DNA of 41,243 bases from Elainellaceae cyanobacterium (GTDB lineage Bacteria > Cyanobacteriota > Cyanobacteriia > CAZCXK01): NCBI GenBank assembly GCA_051117555.1, contig JBNPEG010000082.1, positions 1 through 41,243 on the forward strand, in the 5' to 3' direction. This document shows positions 1 to 10,227 of the stretch, piece after piece. Each line of letters opens with the position of its first letter. Position 1 is the stretch's first letter. The translations under genes and the position numbers were made by a program. Under the pieces are notes generated by a model. That model saw only the letters and a program-made list of their open reading frames with translations, searched no databases and was not told the origin of the DNA.

Positions 1-122
1 GCATCCTGTCCAACAGTTGGTAAATTAGCTCTTGGGCGTGGGCAAGGATCTTCATGAGACTTGCAATTTATTGGTTCCACGCCCTTTTTTCTCATTCCTG
101 CTGCCTAGGTGCAAGATATGAG
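1..122 (-). mobile_element. Left end of an IS701/IS4-like element, with the transposase N-terminus (55->1) running off the window
   Basis: ATG at 55 (minus) reads MKILAHAQELIYQLLDRM, resembling cyanobacterial transposases that start 'xILAHAQxLVYxLLxLMP'. Putative end CTCATATCTTGCACC at 122-108 (minus), with CTAG just outside it. Confidence 0.6.
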
Positions 123-198
123 TCTAGGAAAATTCACGCTGGACTCCCTAGAGACTCCTGATATTAATTCTTCAAATTCAGACTACACATCAATGCTC

Positions 199-233
199 GG
201 GTCTGGCAGTTCCTCTAACTGCCAGACCCTTTT
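199..233 (+). terminator. Rho-independent terminator-like hairpin
   Basis: Perfect 13-bp stem GGGTCTGGCAGTT / AACTGCCAGACCC, 5-nt loop, followed by TTTT. Confidence 0.55.
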
Positions 234-608
234 CAAATATTCCCTTAAAGCGCCAGCGTTTGATGTCAAAAGCTTACTGTTTGTTTAAGCTGGCGATCGC
301 ATGACGCGTCAAAGCCTTGCAGGATCGTATATTATGACTCCACTTAATTCATCCTTCATAGCGAAAGCATCCGAACTTTAAGGAATTAGAATTTAGACGA
401 CTTCACAAATGATTAATAATCAATTTTCTTTAAAGTTTCTCTAAAGATATTCACAGACTCTCGATCCAGCCTGCCAGCTTAATCATATTTCAGCTAAAAA
501 TGTAAGCAGTTAAGAAAATCTAGTTACCCTTAACGCTCCGTCTAGCAATTTCCGATAATTTTTTAGATGATTGCTTTTTGCTGCTTTAGGTTGTTTTATT
601 AGGCAACT

Positions 609-2102
609 ATGTACCCCACTACCTTACCCCTATCCATCTTTACTTCAATCCAGCTTCCTCTAATCCAGAGGATACTATTGGGGCTTGGTTTAATTGCCGC
701 AGGTATCGGCGTTGGGTTTCCCAATGGAGCGATCGCTGCGACTGACTCTGTCACAATTGAGCTCAATCAAACTTCTCCAGGTGCTCCATCGTCTCCGAGC
801 GATCAAGCTTATACGCTGGGTGCGGGCGATCGCCTGCAAATTGATGTGTTTCAGCTCACGCAGTATAGCGGTGAATTTGAAATCCTCGTCGACGGCATGA
901 TTAATTTACCGGTTGTCGGTGAGGTATATGTGGAAGGGATGACGTTAGAGGAAGCGACTGATGCGATTACAGCAACGTATTCTCAAATTCTTCGTCGCCC
1001 CATGGTTACCCTAAGTTTAGTTGCTCGTCGCTCTATTCAAATTGGCATTGCGGGTGAAGTTAATCGCCCCGGCTCATACACAGTTGCATTAGGCGATGCA
1101 GAATTTCCAACCATTACGCAAGTGTTGGAGCAAGCCGGTGGAATTCGCATGGCGGCTGACCTGAGTCAAGTGCAAGTTCGTCGCCAAAACGTCGGTTCAG
1201 AACAAGTCATTACAGTTAATCTTCAGCAGCTGCTGCGCACCGGTGACTTGAGTACCGACATTGTGCTTCGAGATGGCGACACAGTGTTTATCCCTACCTC
1301 AACCAATCCAGATATCGCAAGCGTTGCCGAACTCACAACTGCTAGTTTTGCGTCAGATGAAAATCAAGAAATTAACATCGCTGTAGTTGGAGAAGTATTT
1401 CGCCCTGGGCCGTATATCGTCACGGGTAGTGCTCGAACTGGGCAAGCAGGTTTGCCCGGAGGTACTAATGGTTCTGGGCAGCTACCTACAGTCACACGTG
1501 CCATTCAGGTTGCGGGTGGAATTAAGCCCTTAGCGGATGTTCGGCAGATTCAAGTACGCCGTGCCACTCGCTCCGGGACAGAGCAGGTCATTGAAGTGAA
1601 TTTATGGCAGTTGTTACAAGCGGGTGACCTCAGCCAAGATCTAGCCCTACAAGAGGGCGATACGGTGTTTATTCCAACTGCAACAGATGTCGATTTAGAA
1701 GAATCAGCTCAGCTAGCATCTGCCAGCTTTTCACCCGATACAATTCAGGTGAATATCGTTGGAGAAGTAGATCGACCCGGAACCGTAGACATTCCTCCCA
1801 ATACTCCTCTTAATCGAGCCGTATTATCTGCGGGCGGCTTCACAAACCGAGCGCGGCGACGCTCTGTAGAACTGGTTCGGTTGAATCCAAATGGTACTGT
1901 CTCTGCTAGAGAAATCCCTATTGATTTTGCTCAGGGTGTTAACGAAGAAAATAATCCAGCTCTCCGCAATAATGATGTAATTATTGTGAGGCGATCGGCT
2001 GCTGCCAGTGTGTCGGATACCTTAGAAGCGGTAGTCAGCCCAATCAGTCCGTTTCTAACACTATTTAACTTTCCATTCCAATTTTTGCGATTGTTTGATT
2101 GA
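609..2102 (+). CDS. wza: Polysaccharide export protein, Wza/OPX family with SLBB repeats
   Basis: Poly_export motif YTLGAGDRLQIDVF...DGMINLPVVGEV; three SLBB-like repeats (GEVNRPG, GEVFRPG, GEVDRPG); N-terminal hydrophobic segment. Confidence 0.9.
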   Translation: MYPTTLPLSIFTSIQLPLIQRILLGLGLIAAGIGVGFPNGAIAATDSVTIELNQTSPGAPSSPSDQAYTLGAGDRLQIDVFQLTQYSGEFEILVDGMINLPVVGEVYVEGMTLEEATDAITATYSQILRRPMVTLSLVARRSIQIGIAGEVNRPGSYTVALGDAEFPTITQVLEQAGGIRMAADLSQVQVRRQNVGSEQVITVNLQQLLRTGDLSTDIVLRDGDTVFIPTSTNPDIASVAELTTASFASDENQEINIAVVGEVFRPGPYIVTGSARTGQAGLPGGTNGSGQLPTVTRAIQVAGGIKPLADVRQIQVRRATRSGTEQVIEVNLWQLLQAGDLSQDLALQEGDTVFIPTATDVDLEESAQLASASFSPDTIQVNIVGEVDRPGTVDIPPNTPLNRAVLSAGGFTNRARRRSVELVRLNPNGTVSAREIPIDFAQGVNEENNPALRNNDVIIVRRSAAASVSDTLEAVVSPISPFLTLFNFPFQFLRLFD

Positions 2103-2202
2103 TAGTGATGTTCAGGTGCATCAGGGAACCATGACCATAACAGGACTTGATATTGTCCGACGGGAGTGAGAAACAGCATGTGCGATAAGTTTTGGGGGCA
2201 AG

Positions 2203-4428
2203 ATGAAGACTGAACAATCATTATCCGTATCTGGGATGCCCAGCGCCAATGATGAAGGAGGACTAGAACTCGGTCAAGTTGCAGCTGCACTGCGTCGTCG
2301 AGCGTTGATTATTGCAGGTGTCACAACTGTCGTCGCATCAGCCGCTGTCCTCAAGGCTCTTACCGATACACCTGTCTATCAATCAAACTTTGAAATTCTT
2401 ACAGAACCTGTTACCCTTGAAACTCGTATCATCTCGACTGCCAATCCAGAAACGTTAAGTAATCAAGAAGATTTTGTTGCAGTTTCCATCGATGAGGCAA
2501 AACTGAAGGTTCTCAAAAGCCCAAAAGTCTTAGCCCCCGTTTTGGAGACTCTCCAGCCCCAACACCCTAATCTCACCTACCAAAATCTATTTGATAATTT
2601 ATCGGTTAGCACGACCTCAGAAGATATTTTGACTGTAATCTATCAATCACCTGATCCAGACTTGGTTCAAGATGTGCTAGAAACAGTCGCAGAAGCGTAT
2701 GTAGAGTTCAGTCTCGAAGATCGACAAAGCGATATCCTTCGAGGCATTAAGTTTGTTGACGAGCAGCTACCTCAGCTTCGCGAGCGAGTTGATTCACTCC
2801 AGGAAGAGCTAGAGATATTACGCCGACAATATAACTTAATTGATCCCGAAGTTCAAAGTGATGAGCTTGCTAGACAAATTAGCGCCTTTAAGCAAGAACA
2901 GCTTAGTATTCAGGTTCAATTAGACGAAGCCCGGCGACTCTATGCTGACTTGCAACAAGAATTAGATCGGCAGGGCGAAACGGCGGTTGCCTCGGCGCTC
3001 ACAGAAGATCCTAGATATCAAAGCCTATTAGATCAAATTTTAGAATTAGATCGTCAAATCTCTCAAGACTCTGTACTGCTTCGTGAGGAAAGTCCGGAAA
3101 TTCAAATCTTGCAAGAAAGACGGCAAAGTCTTTTACCCCTGGTCGAGCAGCAAGGAGTCCGGGTTGAACGACAGGTTTCAAGCTATATTCGAGAATTGGA
3201 TGCCCGTAATCAAGCACTGGCCGATGCTATTAATTCGCTTAACACGCAGATTAAAGAGTTGTCGTCTGTTACCCGTCAATACAGCGATATCCAGCGAGAA
3301 CTTCAAATTGCTACCAACAATCTCAACGAGTTTTTATCAAAGCGAGAGGCACTGCGAATTGATGCGGCCCAACGGCAAGCCCCATGGGAACTGTTGTCTC
3401 AACCTGAAAAGCCTCGAGCGTCTGTAGCTAGCGCACGACGAAACTTATTGCTGGGAACAGCATTAGGATTAATTCTAGGTACTGGGATTGCTCTGTTTAT
3501 AGACAAACTAAGCAGTGTGATCCATACATCTAAAGAGATTAAGGACATTACTAGACTGCCTATTTTAGGGATCATCCCGCTTAATCGATATTTAGAGGCT
3601 GACAACATTTCTACGAATGCGGAGGCATGGCTAAGACAGTCAGCCTTTGATGTAGAACTAGCCAACAGTGAAGTATCAAATTCATATAGTTCGGTGCCCT
3701 TTACCGAAGCGTTTCGCTCTCTTTACACCAATATTCGATTAATTAATCCAGATGTGCCCATTCGCTCGCTCACCGTAAGTTCTTCTACCCCCAATGAAGG
3801 AAAGTCAACCGTTACGGTGCATCTGGCTCAAGCAGCAGCAGCAATGGGGCAACGAGTGCTTATCGTCGATGCCGATTTACGCCGTCCCAGCGTACATAAG
3901 CTGCTGGGTATGGAAAACAGCCAAGGTCTAATGGATTTGGTGGCAATGAATTTGCCACTCGAAGACGTCATACAGCAGTCGGTCTTTTATAAGAACTTAT
4001 TTGTTCTTTCAGCGGGGCACCCGCCGCCAGACCCTCCCACTATTTTGGCATCCAATGCGATGCAAACCTTGAGTGAACGAATTCAAGGCGCGTTTGACCT
4101 CGTCATTTATGATACTCCTCCATTGATTGGCTTTGCCGATTCGTTTCTAACTGCCTCCCAATCTCAGGGATTACTAATGGTCGTGGGGCTTGAAAAGATC
4201 AAACGAGCACAGCTAGAGCAGGGAGTTGAAGAAATCAAAGTGGCTGGAATTCCAGTGCTGGGGATTGTCGCAAACCGGTCTGAAGAGCAAGCCATTACGT
4301 CATACAGTTATTATCAGTACTATACTCATCAGGCACCTGAGCATAGCCTAGCTCATCAGACATCGCTTCAGAAATTCAAGGGGGATGCGACTAACTTTAT
4401 GAAAGACCTTTTATCGAAGAAGGATTAA
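2203..4428 (+). CDS. wzc: Polysaccharide co-polymerase / BY tyrosine autokinase (Wzc/GumC)
   Basis: Two TM segments flanking a coiled coil; Walker A SSTPNEGKST; DADLRRP and DTPP motifs; C-terminal Tyr cluster YSYYQYY. Confidence 0.9.
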   Translation: MKTEQSLSVSGMPSANDEGGLELGQVAAALRRRALIIAGVTTVVASAAVLKALTDTPVYQSNFEILTEPVTLETRIISTANPETLSNQEDFVAVSIDEAKLKVLKSPKVLAPVLETLQPQHPNLTYQNLFDNLSVSTTSEDILTVIYQSPDPDLVQDVLETVAEAYVEFSLEDRQSDILRGIKFVDEQLPQLRERVDSLQEELEILRRQYNLIDPEVQSDELARQISAFKQEQLSIQVQLDEARRLYADLQQELDRQGETAVASALTEDPRYQSLLDQILELDRQISQDSVLLREESPEIQILQERRQSLLPLVEQQGVRVERQVSSYIRELDARNQALADAINSLNTQIKELSSVTRQYSDIQRELQIATNNLNEFLSKREALRIDAAQRQAPWELLSQPEKPRASVASARRNLLLGTALGLILGTGIALFIDKLSSVIHTSKEIKDITRLPILGIIPLNRYLEADNISTNAEAWLRQSAFDVELANSEVSNSYSSVPFTEAFRSLYTNIRLINPDVPIRSLTVSSSTPNEGKSTVTVHLAQAAAAMGQRVLIVDADLRRPSVHKLLGMENSQGLMDLVAMNLPLEDVIQQSVFYKNLFVLSAGHPPPDPPTILASNAMQTLSERIQGAFDLVIYDTPPLIGFADSFLTASQSQGLLMVVGLEKIKRAQLEQGVEEIKVAGIPVLGIVANRSEEQAITSYSYYQYYTHQAPEHSLAHQTSLQKFKGDATNFMKDLLSKKD

Positions 4429-4515
4429 TAAAGCAGTATAATCTGGCTTTTGAGGCAAGCGTAAACATGCGATCGCTTCTCTTGCAGTAATCGTGAAGCT
4501 CACTAAATAATTCGT

Positions 4516-4803
4516 AAGAGGGAGTAGAGGGGGCAACGCTCCCTTCTTACGGACTTCGTCCCCAAACCCCTTTTGGTTTTTCCACCATTGCTTTGGGATT
4601 GCTATGTATCCGTATTTTCTAGCAACTATTCTTTTAAGTAAGGATAAAGGCAAAAGTAACTTTTTATAGATCGAGCGAAGCTATTCTAAATTCGTTTAAT
4701 GATACAACTATGACTGTTATTATACATTTAATGAAATATGAGACGGCGTGAGCAAGGCGGGCGGTGCTCGCCCTGCACAATATATAAAGACTTAGTATTG
4801 CTA
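4516..4803. repeat. Degenerate intergenic repeat / MITE remnants
   Basis: GGGATTGCTAT end at 4595-4605; short inverted ends TAGCAA...TTGCTA (4620-4803); GC-rich hairpins inside AT-rich DNA. Confidence 0.35.
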
Positions 4804-5040
4804 TGTCTTTATCCAAAGGGTCGCTACATTTACGCTGGGTTCTACTAAGGAGATACGATTGGCCTTCATCTAAAAAGGATAAATTCGCATCCTATATTCA
4901 GCTACATTACCTTGTTGATTTTTTTATTGTAGGACGATGTGATTAAGTCCTACCTAAATCAAGGCTAGATGAATGAATCTTGGGTCATTAACATTCGAAA
5001 TACTCAATAGAGTGTGAGGGCTTAATCAAGCTGTTTGATC

Positions 5041-6645
5041 ATGTCTAAGCGATCATTAAAAGCTTCCGTTGAGGGAGCTAAAACTAGCAGACGAGTGTTT
5101 GAGCGACGTGGTTGGACTCAAGAAAATCTGGCTGCCGAAGTAAACCTCAAAACTCGGCAACCAATTTGGCGTTTTTTTACAGGCCGTCCGATTGAGCGAC
5201 ATACATTTATCGAGATTTGTGATGTGCTGGATTTAAATTGGTGGGAGGTCGCTGACGAACTTCCAGAATCGGATTTGAGGATCACTCAGATGCCGGAAGA
5301 CACGATGTCTAAACATCTAAATCATAGTGACCCAAATCAGCTAGTTCAGCAGGTGCGGTTGCACCATCATGATAAAATTCAAGCCCAATGCGGACATATC
5401 GTTATCTTTAATAGCAATCAGATTTGGCATTTAGATGACATCTATGTAAATGTCAATTTCCTAAGGCAAGTCCGAAGTCAACGATGGTTTGAATCTGATA
5501 GTTTTCATCAGAAGGGGAATCAGGAACCTGATCATAGAAATGCGTCGTTGGACACATCTCTCAGAGGTTTCAATCAAGATGTTGCGAATCAGCTCATCTC
5601 TACGCTACAGATTTTTGAAACACATTCAAAACTTCGGATATTGGGTAAACCTGGATCTGGTAAAACAACGGTATTGCAACACCTAGCGCTCCAGTGTATT
5701 CGAGGACGAGTCTTGGCGGATCAAATTCCTATTTTTGTCACGCTTGAGAAGCTGACTCGATATTCAGGAGTAAGAGATGATTTTAATCTATTTGATTATC
5801 TCTGCAAGGAGCTCCAACCGTATCATATCAACTCAGATCAGGTTGAAAGCCTTCTGCAAAGCGGGAAATTTGCGTTGTTCTTAGATGGATTGGATGAAAT
5901 TAGCGATCGCCACGTCCAAACCTCGATTGCCAAAGAAATCGACTACTTTTCAGATGATTACTATCGAAACACCGTAATTATTACCTGTCGAACAGGTGCT
6001 CAAACGTTTCAGTTTCTAAGATTTAAGGATTTTGAAATCTCGGATTTAACGCCAACCCAGATTGATGAATTTGCAACGAAATGGTCTCGAAATTCATTCT
6101 CATCGGACGAAGAAGCTTCCAAATGGACGCAAGAATTTATCGATCAACTCAACTTACATGAAAATTGGCAAATTAAAGATTTGGTTCGTTCTCCTTTATT
6201 GCTTAGCCAAATCTGTGTAGCATTTCAACGCAATCAGACCTTTTTGAGCGATCAAGACGAGCTTTATCAACATTGTCTGAATATCCTCTTATTTCAATGG
6301 GATCAAGCCAGGGGTATTCAGAGATATACGCATCAGCCGACTATTCCGTTTGCTCTGGAACTTAGTATTCTAAACTGTTTGGCTGCTGATACGCTGAAGC
6401 AGAAGGCGTATTTATTTAGTAAGCGAAACATTGATATTTGCGTTGAAAAATGCATGAACAAACATACGAACAGTTTAATAAATTCAGAGTCTCTCTTGCT
6501 CGAACGAACGGCACTGTTAGAGTCAATGATCGCCCATCATGGAATGCTAGTGGAGCAAGCACAAGGGATCTATTCGTTTGCGAATGCTGCTTTTCATGAG
6601 CATTTTGCACTTCAACTGAAAGATTCGGGAGGCGCAGCAGTTTGA
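5041..6645 (+). CDS. XRE-type HTH plus NACHT (STAND) NTPase with a short C-terminus
   Basis: N-terminal HTH (GWTQENLAAEV..RQPIWRFFTG); Walker A GKPGSGKTT; Walker B LFLDGLDE; ITCR and PLLL motifs; ends shortly after YSFANAAFHEHF. ATG at 5041 preferred over TTG at 5035. Confidence 0.85.
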   Translation: MSKRSLKASVEGAKTSRRVFERRGWTQENLAAEVNLKTRQPIWRFFTGRPIERHTFIEICDVLDLNWWEVADELPESDLRITQMPEDTMSKHLNHSDPNQLVQQVRLHHHDKIQAQCGHIVIFNSNQIWHLDDIYVNVNFLRQVRSQRWFESDSFHQKGNQEPDHRNASLDTSLRGFNQDVANQLISTLQIFETHSKLRILGKPGSGKTTVLQHLALQCIRGRVLADQIPIFVTLEKLTRYSGVRDDFNLFDYLCKELQPYHINSDQVESLLQSGKFALFLDGLDEISDRHVQTSIAKEIDYFSDDYYRNTVIITCRTGAQTFQFLRFKDFEISDLTPTQIDEFATKWSRNSFSSDEEASKWTQEFIDQLNLHENWQIKDLVRSPLLLSQICVAFQRNQTFLSDQDELYQHCLNILLFQWDQARGIQRYTHQPTIPFALELSILNCLAADTLKQKAYLFSKRNIDICVEKCMNKHTNSLINSESLLLERTALLESMIAHHGMLVEQAQGIYSFANAAFHEHFALQLKDSGGAAV

Positions 6646-6783
6646 ACAAGGGTAATAGATTTTGGATACCCGATCAAATGTCATGAGGAACGACGCGATC
6701 GCATCCAAATCCTGTGAGATGACGTACTTCATTTGAGCCTTTGAAAAGGCACCCAAATGAACTCACCTCATAAAGGAACCATT

Positions 6784-7437
6784 ATGACCACGGAAAAAAG
6801 ACGGCTGAAAAATCTTGCATTGGCAATCTGCACCTGTCTGTTGGCAATTAGCCTTTATTCCCCGGCGTTCGCCAACATGATTGCCCTGTTGCCTATCCAT
6901 AACGCTTCCCTTCAAACATCGCAACTAGCCACAGTCGAACAATCCCTCGGAGAAGACTTGGATACCAGCCTTAGAGCGGCTACATCTACTTTATTAGCTC
7001 AAGGAATGTCGAGCGATTCGATTGTGCCCTACGTGGCGGTGATGAGCAAACAAAATGTTGTCCCCAATTCTCCGACGACATCTGCCTTTGGTGCAGTAGG
7101 TGCTGTTTTGGCGGGCGATCGCCTAATAGTTCGGGGTAGTTTTAGAAATCTAACGAGCCCGATGCGAAATTATGCAACCGATCCAGTCGATCCACCCAAT
7201 TCCAACATTACATCTGCATTCCACATTCACCAGGGGGATTCCTCGATGAATGGCCCCTTTCAATATGCTTTAAATGTCATGCTTGACGAAACAGAGCGGG
7301 GGGGGAGCGTCGCAGGTGAATATACGTTATCAGCAGACCAGTTGCAAGCTCTTTCTGAGGGACTATTGTATGTAGACCTTCATACGACACGGAATCGAGG
7401 AGGAGAGCTCCGTGGCATTTTGATGCCGTCGGCATAA
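6784..7437 (+). CDS. Secreted CHRD-domain protein
   Basis: Signal-peptide-like N-terminus; CHRD motifs AFHIHQG and LYVDLHT..GGELRG; AAGGA RBS before ATG 6784. Confidence 0.85.
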   Translation: MTTEKRRLKNLALAICTCLLAISLYSPAFANMIALLPIHNASLQTSQLATVEQSLGEDLDTSLRAATSTLLAQGMSSDSIVPYVAVMSKQNVVPNSPTTSAFGAVGAVLAGDRLIVRGSFRNLTSPMRNYATDPVDPPNSNITSAFHIHQGDSSMNGPFQYALNVMLDETERGGSVAGEYTLSADQLQALSEGLLYVDLHTTRNRGGELRGILMPSA

Positions 7438-7481
7438 CGTAGTAGGATGATCAAGGTCTAGCGTCTGAATGTCCTAATTCT

Positions 7482-8063
7482 ATGGATTCCAAGCAATCTA
7501 ACCTTGCTGAAAACTATAATCCTACTGACGTAGATTTGTGGTTGGCGCTTAGACAAGGGCAGACGGATGCCTTGGGGCAGATCTATGACCGTCATGCAAA
7601 ACTTGTGTATGGCATAGCGCTGAGGGTCTTGGGTAATACCCAGGAGGCAGAAGACCTAACTCAAGATATTTTTATCAAGTTAGCAAGTACATCGTCCTAT
7701 GATCCCAAGCGGGGCTCCCTTAGGACATTTTTAGGCATTCTGACTCGCTCTCGCGCAATTGACCGACTACGCGGAAGCAGAACCGCTCAGACCTCGATAG
7801 AACGCTGGCAGGTCAATCATCCAGAGAATCCGGCCAATACTCCGGCTGACACGATTGATCAAGATGAGCGGTCCCAAAAAGTTAGGGCAGCGCTGGCCCA
7901 ACTCTCTGAAAGTCAGCAGGAAATCCTCCGCATGGCGTATTATGAGGGATTAACTCAAACGGCCATTGCCAATCAGCTTGATACCCCTTTGGGGACTATT
8001 AAAGCCAGGGCTCGTCGAGGACTGCTGAAATTACGACAGATACTACAAGACTATTTAGATTGA
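7482..8063 (+). CDS. ECF sigma-70 factor (SigK/RpoE-like)
   Basis: Region 2 AEDLTQDIF..YDPKRGSLRTF; region 4 YYEGLTQTAIA..PLGTIKAR. Confidence 0.92.
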   Translation: MDSKQSNLAENYNPTDVDLWLALRQGQTDALGQIYDRHAKLVYGIALRVLGNTQEAEDLTQDIFIKLASTSSYDPKRGSLRTFLGILTRSRAIDRLRGSRTAQTSIERWQVNHPENPANTPADTIDQDERSQKVRAALAQLSESQQEILRMAYYEGLTQTAIANQLDTPLGTIKARARRGLLKLRQILQDYLD

Positions 8064-8070
8064 TGGCAGC

Positions 8071-8844
8071 ATGAGTGGGTCAACATCTCCAGAACAGTTA
8101 AAGCTTTTGATGGCAGGATATGTTCTCTGCGATCTCAGTCCAGATGAGGCGGTCGCCCTTGAACAACTGCTGTCTAATAATCCGGATCTCATGCGCGAAA
8201 TAGAACAGATGCAACAGGCGTTAGAGATGACATTTCCGTCTGAGGCTGAGCCTCCAGAGCATCTCAGATCCTCGATTTTGAGCGCTTATGATGTTGCTAG
8301 TCATCTCACATCTGATGCATCTGCGTCCCGTCAAGAAAGAGTACAATCCAATGTCTTAAGCTCTCGTTGGTGGATTAGAGGGCTAGGCGCAGCAGCAGCG
8401 GCGGTCATTCTAGGATTAAGTATCAGTAACTATGTTCTATGGCGATCGCTACAGGCTGAGCAGACTGACATGCAGTTACCTAATTTGCTGACGTTTTCGC
8501 TAGAACCCACTGAGGAGAATGTTTCTGGTTCTGTTAGAGTTGTGGCCAATCCTACCCGCTTAGAAGCTACCCTAGATGCGGACAATTTGCCACCTCTGGG
8601 GGAGGGAAAAGTTTATGCTCTGTGGACAGTAGTTGCCCCCAATGCTCCGATTACCACTGACGAAAAAAATGCAATTTTAACTGACGTTTTTACCGTTGAT
8701 GCTCAAGGACACGCATCGGAGCAGATCATACTACCGAGCGTTTTTCACAATCTCGGCTTGGTTGAAGCTATTGCCATCACCCAAGAAGATGCCGACGCTC
8801 CTCAGGCACATCGCGCGTCTCCGATTTTAATTGAGCGGCTGTAA
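8071..8844 (+). CDS. Anti-sigma factor, RskA-like
   Basis: 7 bp downstream of the ECF gene; N-terminal LMAGYVLCDLSPDE; single TM; C-terminal LPPLGEGKVYALW..AITQE. Confidence 0.88.
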   Translation: MSGSTSPEQLKLLMAGYVLCDLSPDEAVALEQLLSNNPDLMREIEQMQQALEMTFPSEAEPPEHLRSSILSAYDVASHLTSDASASRQERVQSNVLSSRWWIRGLGAAAAAVILGLSISNYVLWRSLQAEQTDMQLPNLLTFSLEPTEENVSGSVRVVANPTRLEATLDADNLPPLGEGKVYALWTVVAPNAPITTDEKNAILTDVFTVDAQGHASEQIILPSVFHNLGLVEAIAITQEDADAPQAHRASPILIERL

Positions 8845-8863
8845 GATCATTGGCAGCCTCGAT

Positions 8864-9073
8864 TTAGAGAATTGGTATGAAACGTGATTTGCGGGCAGTC
8901 CAATCGATGTATCCTTCTTGTCTCAGAATGGCTAGCATATTTTGAATCGAGGACGGAGAGCTGTATTCAAATGCTTCAGCCATTTCTCTGACGGTTGGCG
9001 AAATACGATTGCGACAGATAAAGTCTTCAATCCAGTCGAAGAGTTGTTGAGAGGTGATGCGAGAGAGTTTCAT
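8864..9073 (-). CDS. LexA DNA-binding-domain-only protein, or truncated lexA paralogue
   Basis: SPTVREMAEAFEYSSPSSIQNMLAILRQEGYIDW matches the LexA winged helix; no S24 autoprotease domain; ATG at 9073. Confidence 0.75.
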   Translation of the reverse strand: MKLSRITSQQLFDWIEDFICRNRISPTVREMAEAFEYSSPSSIQNMLAILRQEGYIDWTARKSRFIPIL

Positions 9074-9090
9074 AGGTTGATGCAAAAACT

Positions 9091-9104
9091 AGTACTAGAG
9101 TACT
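9091..9104. promoter_or_regulatory. Cyanobacterial LexA box
   Basis: AGTAC-TAG-AGTACT matches RGTAC-NNN-DGTWCB and lies just upstream of the LexA-like ORF. Confidence 0.7.
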
Positions 9105-9181
9105 ACATAGATAGATTCAGTGACTATCCGTAGAGTTCCTGAATTTCGTAAAATCAACCCTGAAACCTAACGTATGAATTT

Positions 9182-10177
9182 ATGAGCCAGATTTCTCCGC
9201 CCAAACCGCCAAATTCGCCCCAAGATGCCTCAAAACAGAATATTGTGCAGCGCTATGCTCCATGGCTCTACGCCTTCTGGAAATTTTCCCGTCCGCATAC
9301 CATTATTGGTACGAGCCTCAGCGTTTTGGGCATATGGGCGATCGCCCTCGCTACATCCCCGGGTTCAATCGTCGAGGGAGTTAATGCCGGTGCACCTCAA
9401 CCTATATATTCTTTATTGTTCGCCTGGTTTACCTGCCTCTGCGGCAATATCTATATCGTCGGCTTAAACCAGATGCAAGATGTTGCCATTGATCGGGTCA
9501 ATAAGCCCCACTTGCCGATTGCGTCTGGCGAATTCTCTCGCAAGACGGGATGGGGAATTGTTATCACTACCGGGCTAATTGCCCTGCTGTTGTCACCGCT
9601 GCAAGGGTTATTTTTAACGATCACCGTCTGGTCGAGCGTGTTGATTGGGACGGCCTATTCATTGCCTCCAATTCGGCTGAAGCGGTTTCCTTTTTGGGCC
9701 TCTGTTTGCATCTTTACGGTGCGTGGCGTGATTGTAAACCTGGGGCTATTTCTTCACTTCAGTCAACAATTTGGATCGCGCACCACGATTCCAGCACCCG
9801 TTTGGGGGTTGACGCTGTTTATCCTAGGGTTTACGTTTGCGATCGCCATTTTCAAAGATATCCCTGATCTGGAGGGCGATCGCCGCTATAACATCACCAC
9901 ATTTACGATTCGCCTTGGGCAAACAGCCGTGTTTAACCTAGCGCGATGGGTGATTACGGCTTGCTATGTGGGAATGCTCATTGCTGGATTGATGCTTCCC
10001 TCCATTCATGCTCTTTTTCTAGTGCTGAGTCACGGATTAGCTCTTGCCGCATTTTGGTTTTACAGCACTCAAGTTGATCTACGGCAAAAGCAGGAAATTA
10101 CTGACTTCTATCAACTGATTTGGAAGCTATTTTTCCTGGAGTATCTGATCTTTCCGATCGCCTGCCTGCTTGCTTAA
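9182..10177 (+). CDS. hpt: Homogentisate phytyltransferase (tocopherol synthesis, UbiA family)
   Basis: FSRPHTIIGT, GLNQMQDVAIDRVNKPHLPIASG, KDIPDLEGD and WKLFFLEY motifs. Confidence 0.93.
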   Translation: MSQISPPKPPNSPQDASKQNIVQRYAPWLYAFWKFSRPHTIIGTSLSVLGIWAIALATSPGSIVEGVNAGAPQPIYSLLFAWFTCLCGNIYIVGLNQMQDVAIDRVNKPHLPIASGEFSRKTGWGIVITTGLIALLLSPLQGLFLTITVWSSVLIGTAYSLPPIRLKRFPFWASVCIFTVRGVIVNLGLFLHFSQQFGSRTTIPAPVWGLTLFILGFTFAIAIFKDIPDLEGDRRYNITTFTIRLGQTAVFNLARWVITACYVGMLIAGLMLPSIHALFLVLSHGLALAAFWFYSTQVDLRQKQEITDFYQLIWKLFFLEYLIFPIACLLA

Positions 10178-10227
10178 TTCGTCGTTGGGTCGATTCTATC
10201 CCCAGCATCGCCGGGCATTAGAATCGT

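Noticed and set aside
609..4428. wza-wzc as part of the PKS cluster (capsule lipid anchor as in wcb/rkp loci)
   Set aside because: They are on the opposite strand, separated by unrelated genes, and of the Wzy-dependent type rather than the ABC/Kps type.
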